In this document: positions 62,952 to 64,000 of the stretch, piece by piece
How positions within the stretch are numbered: position 1 is the stretch's first letter
How the letters are laid out: each line of letters starts with the position of its first letter
Assembly: GCA_902797145.1 (NCBI GenBank)
Contig: CADBRR010000126.1
Span: 2,485-66,484 of the forward strand
Reading direction: 5' to 3'
Length of the DNA: 64,000 nucleotides
From: an uncultured Eubacteriales bacterium
GTDB lineage: Bacteria; Bacillota; Clostridia; Christensenellales; CAG-138
Translations under genes and position numbers: made by a program
Notes under the pieces: generated by a model
The model's database searches: none
The model's input: the letters and a program-made list of their open reading frames with translations, nothing else
What the model was told of the DNA's origin: nothing

Positions 62952-64000
62952 TTAGTTTTTGTTAAATGAAACATAAGCGTTTCCGCTTCCAAGCGCTGCT
63001 TTTAAACCCTGAACATTGCTAATTTTGCCAATTTTCGTATATGAATAGCTCGTATTAAAGCTTTCATAGAAAATAACTATGCAGTTATTTCCATAAAGCA
63101 TTATATCGCCCGCTTCTATCCTGCCAACTCTCTGAGCCTTTGATGGAAGTGAATTATCAAGATAAACATATTTTTCGTTTCCGTTTAGCTCGTTCATCTG
63201 AACCGACATAGGGAGCATATCATAAAAAGCTTTTGCTGTTTCGTTGTTTTCAAGCTCCGCTTCAAATGAAGTGCCATTGATATTCAAGCTTATCTTGCTC
63301 ATATCGTCTTTCTCGCTTTCATGATTTATTTTTTCGCCATAGGCAAGAACGTGGAGCAACTCAACGCAGTCAACAGGTTCAATTTTTCCGTTTTTGTCGA
63401 GATCTGCACGCTGGAATGATATTTCATCGGGTTTGTCAAGCTCCGCTATAAATTCAAGAATCTTGACCGCATCACGAGTATTTACTACTCCGTCTTTGTT
63501 TACATCAATGCTATCGTCAATATACGCTTCAGTAACATTATAAGCATAATCATAGAACTTTACTACTAATCCGTCTTTATCAATAAAGTCCGTAACATCA
63601 ATGCTTGCGCTAACGGTTTCTCCCTTTTCGGTATCTTTAAAGGATTTAGCATATACGGGAACGTCTGAACCCGAATATACTTCGTATCCTGCCATATAGT
63701 GATTATCGGATACGGATACTTCAAGTATACTCCTGCCGTCCTCATCGGGAACGATGTTTATGGCTTCAATATTAGGTCTTTCAAGGTCTATAAGCACCGG
63801 GAACGACCACGAGTTTGCCTTGCCGCTCAATTCATGCTTGTCATAATCAATATCGCCCCTAACTGTAACAGTAACAGTTGAACCATTTTCAAGCATTTTT
63901 CCGTCCATATTTCTTCCGAACCAATCAATCTTTACATCTGAATATTCAAAGCCTTTTAAATAATTTTCCATATATGGCTTCGTGTAGTATTCATCAGTAT
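62952..64000 (-). CDS. C-terminal part of a large secreted protein: internal dockerin + C-terminal cyclophilin-like domain
   Basis: The frame is open upstream of Met 63971 to the window edge (..TDEYYTKPYMENY). Dockerin DVNKDGVVNTRDAVKILEFIAEL / DLDKNGKIEPVDCVELLHVLA (63339..63509). C-terminal ~115 aa resembles cyclophilin-like (Cyclophil_like2-type) domains. Confidence 0.6.
   Translation of the reverse strand, partial: TDEYYTKPYMENYLKGFEYSDVKIDWFGRNMDGKMLENGSTVTVTVRGDIDYDKHELSGKANSWSFPVLIDLERPNIEAINIVPDEDGRSILEVSVSDNHYMAGYEVYSGSDVPVYAKSFKDTEKGETVSASIDVTDFIDKDGLVVKFYDYAYNVTEAYIDDSIDVNKDGVVNTRDAVKILEFIAELDKPDEISFQRADLDKNGKIEPVDCVELLHVLAYGEKINHESEKDDMSKISLNINGTSFEAELENNETAKAFYDMLPMSVQMNELNGNEKYVYLDNSLPSKAQRVGRIEAGDIMLYGNNCIVIFYESFNTSYSYTKIGKISNVQGLKAALGSGNAYVSFNKN

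Overview
64-kb chromosomal segment of a low-GC Firmicute. Dockerin modules, SpoIID- and Amidase_3-type genes and AT-rich sigmaA-like promoters suggest a Clostridia, Ruminococcus/Oscillospiraceae-like anaerobe (inference). It holds about 55 protein genes, mostly housekeeping: rarA-tldD-pmbA, cysE, trmK-nif3, glnA, mgtE, typA, thiolase, dnaD/dnaI-like, NCS2 purine permease, murF-ddl, cysK, gdhA, Na/Pi transporter, glgA, trkH-trkA. There is one RNase P RNA gene (rnpB). I saw no tRNA, rRNA, CRISPR array, transposase or integrase. The most interesting locus is an eight-gene minus-strand operon (22754..30953) behind one strong promoter. It encodes a P-type Ca2+-ATPase, three TerD paralogs (one degenerate), an AIM24/DUF124 protein, two atypical phosphoribosyltransferases (PRTase_2-TRSP and PRTase_1-PELOTA/'StiP'-like) and a HAD phosphatase. 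This is a compact Ter-type stress system whose predicted nucleoside-like product and trigger are uncharacterised, and it lacks TerC, TelA and TerB. Secondary leads: (1) two paralogous modules at 17.9-18.2 kb, each an 11-bp-phased direct repeat plus TATAAT driving a terminator-bounded ~100-nt transcript with a CUCC motif; (2) an orphan promoter-to-terminator structured RNA between glnA and mgtE; (3) a structured, SD-sequestering mgtE leader; (4) a REP-like palindrome pair bracketing one gene; (5) several smaller oddities. All protein calls rest on motif recognition by eye, and no database search was run.
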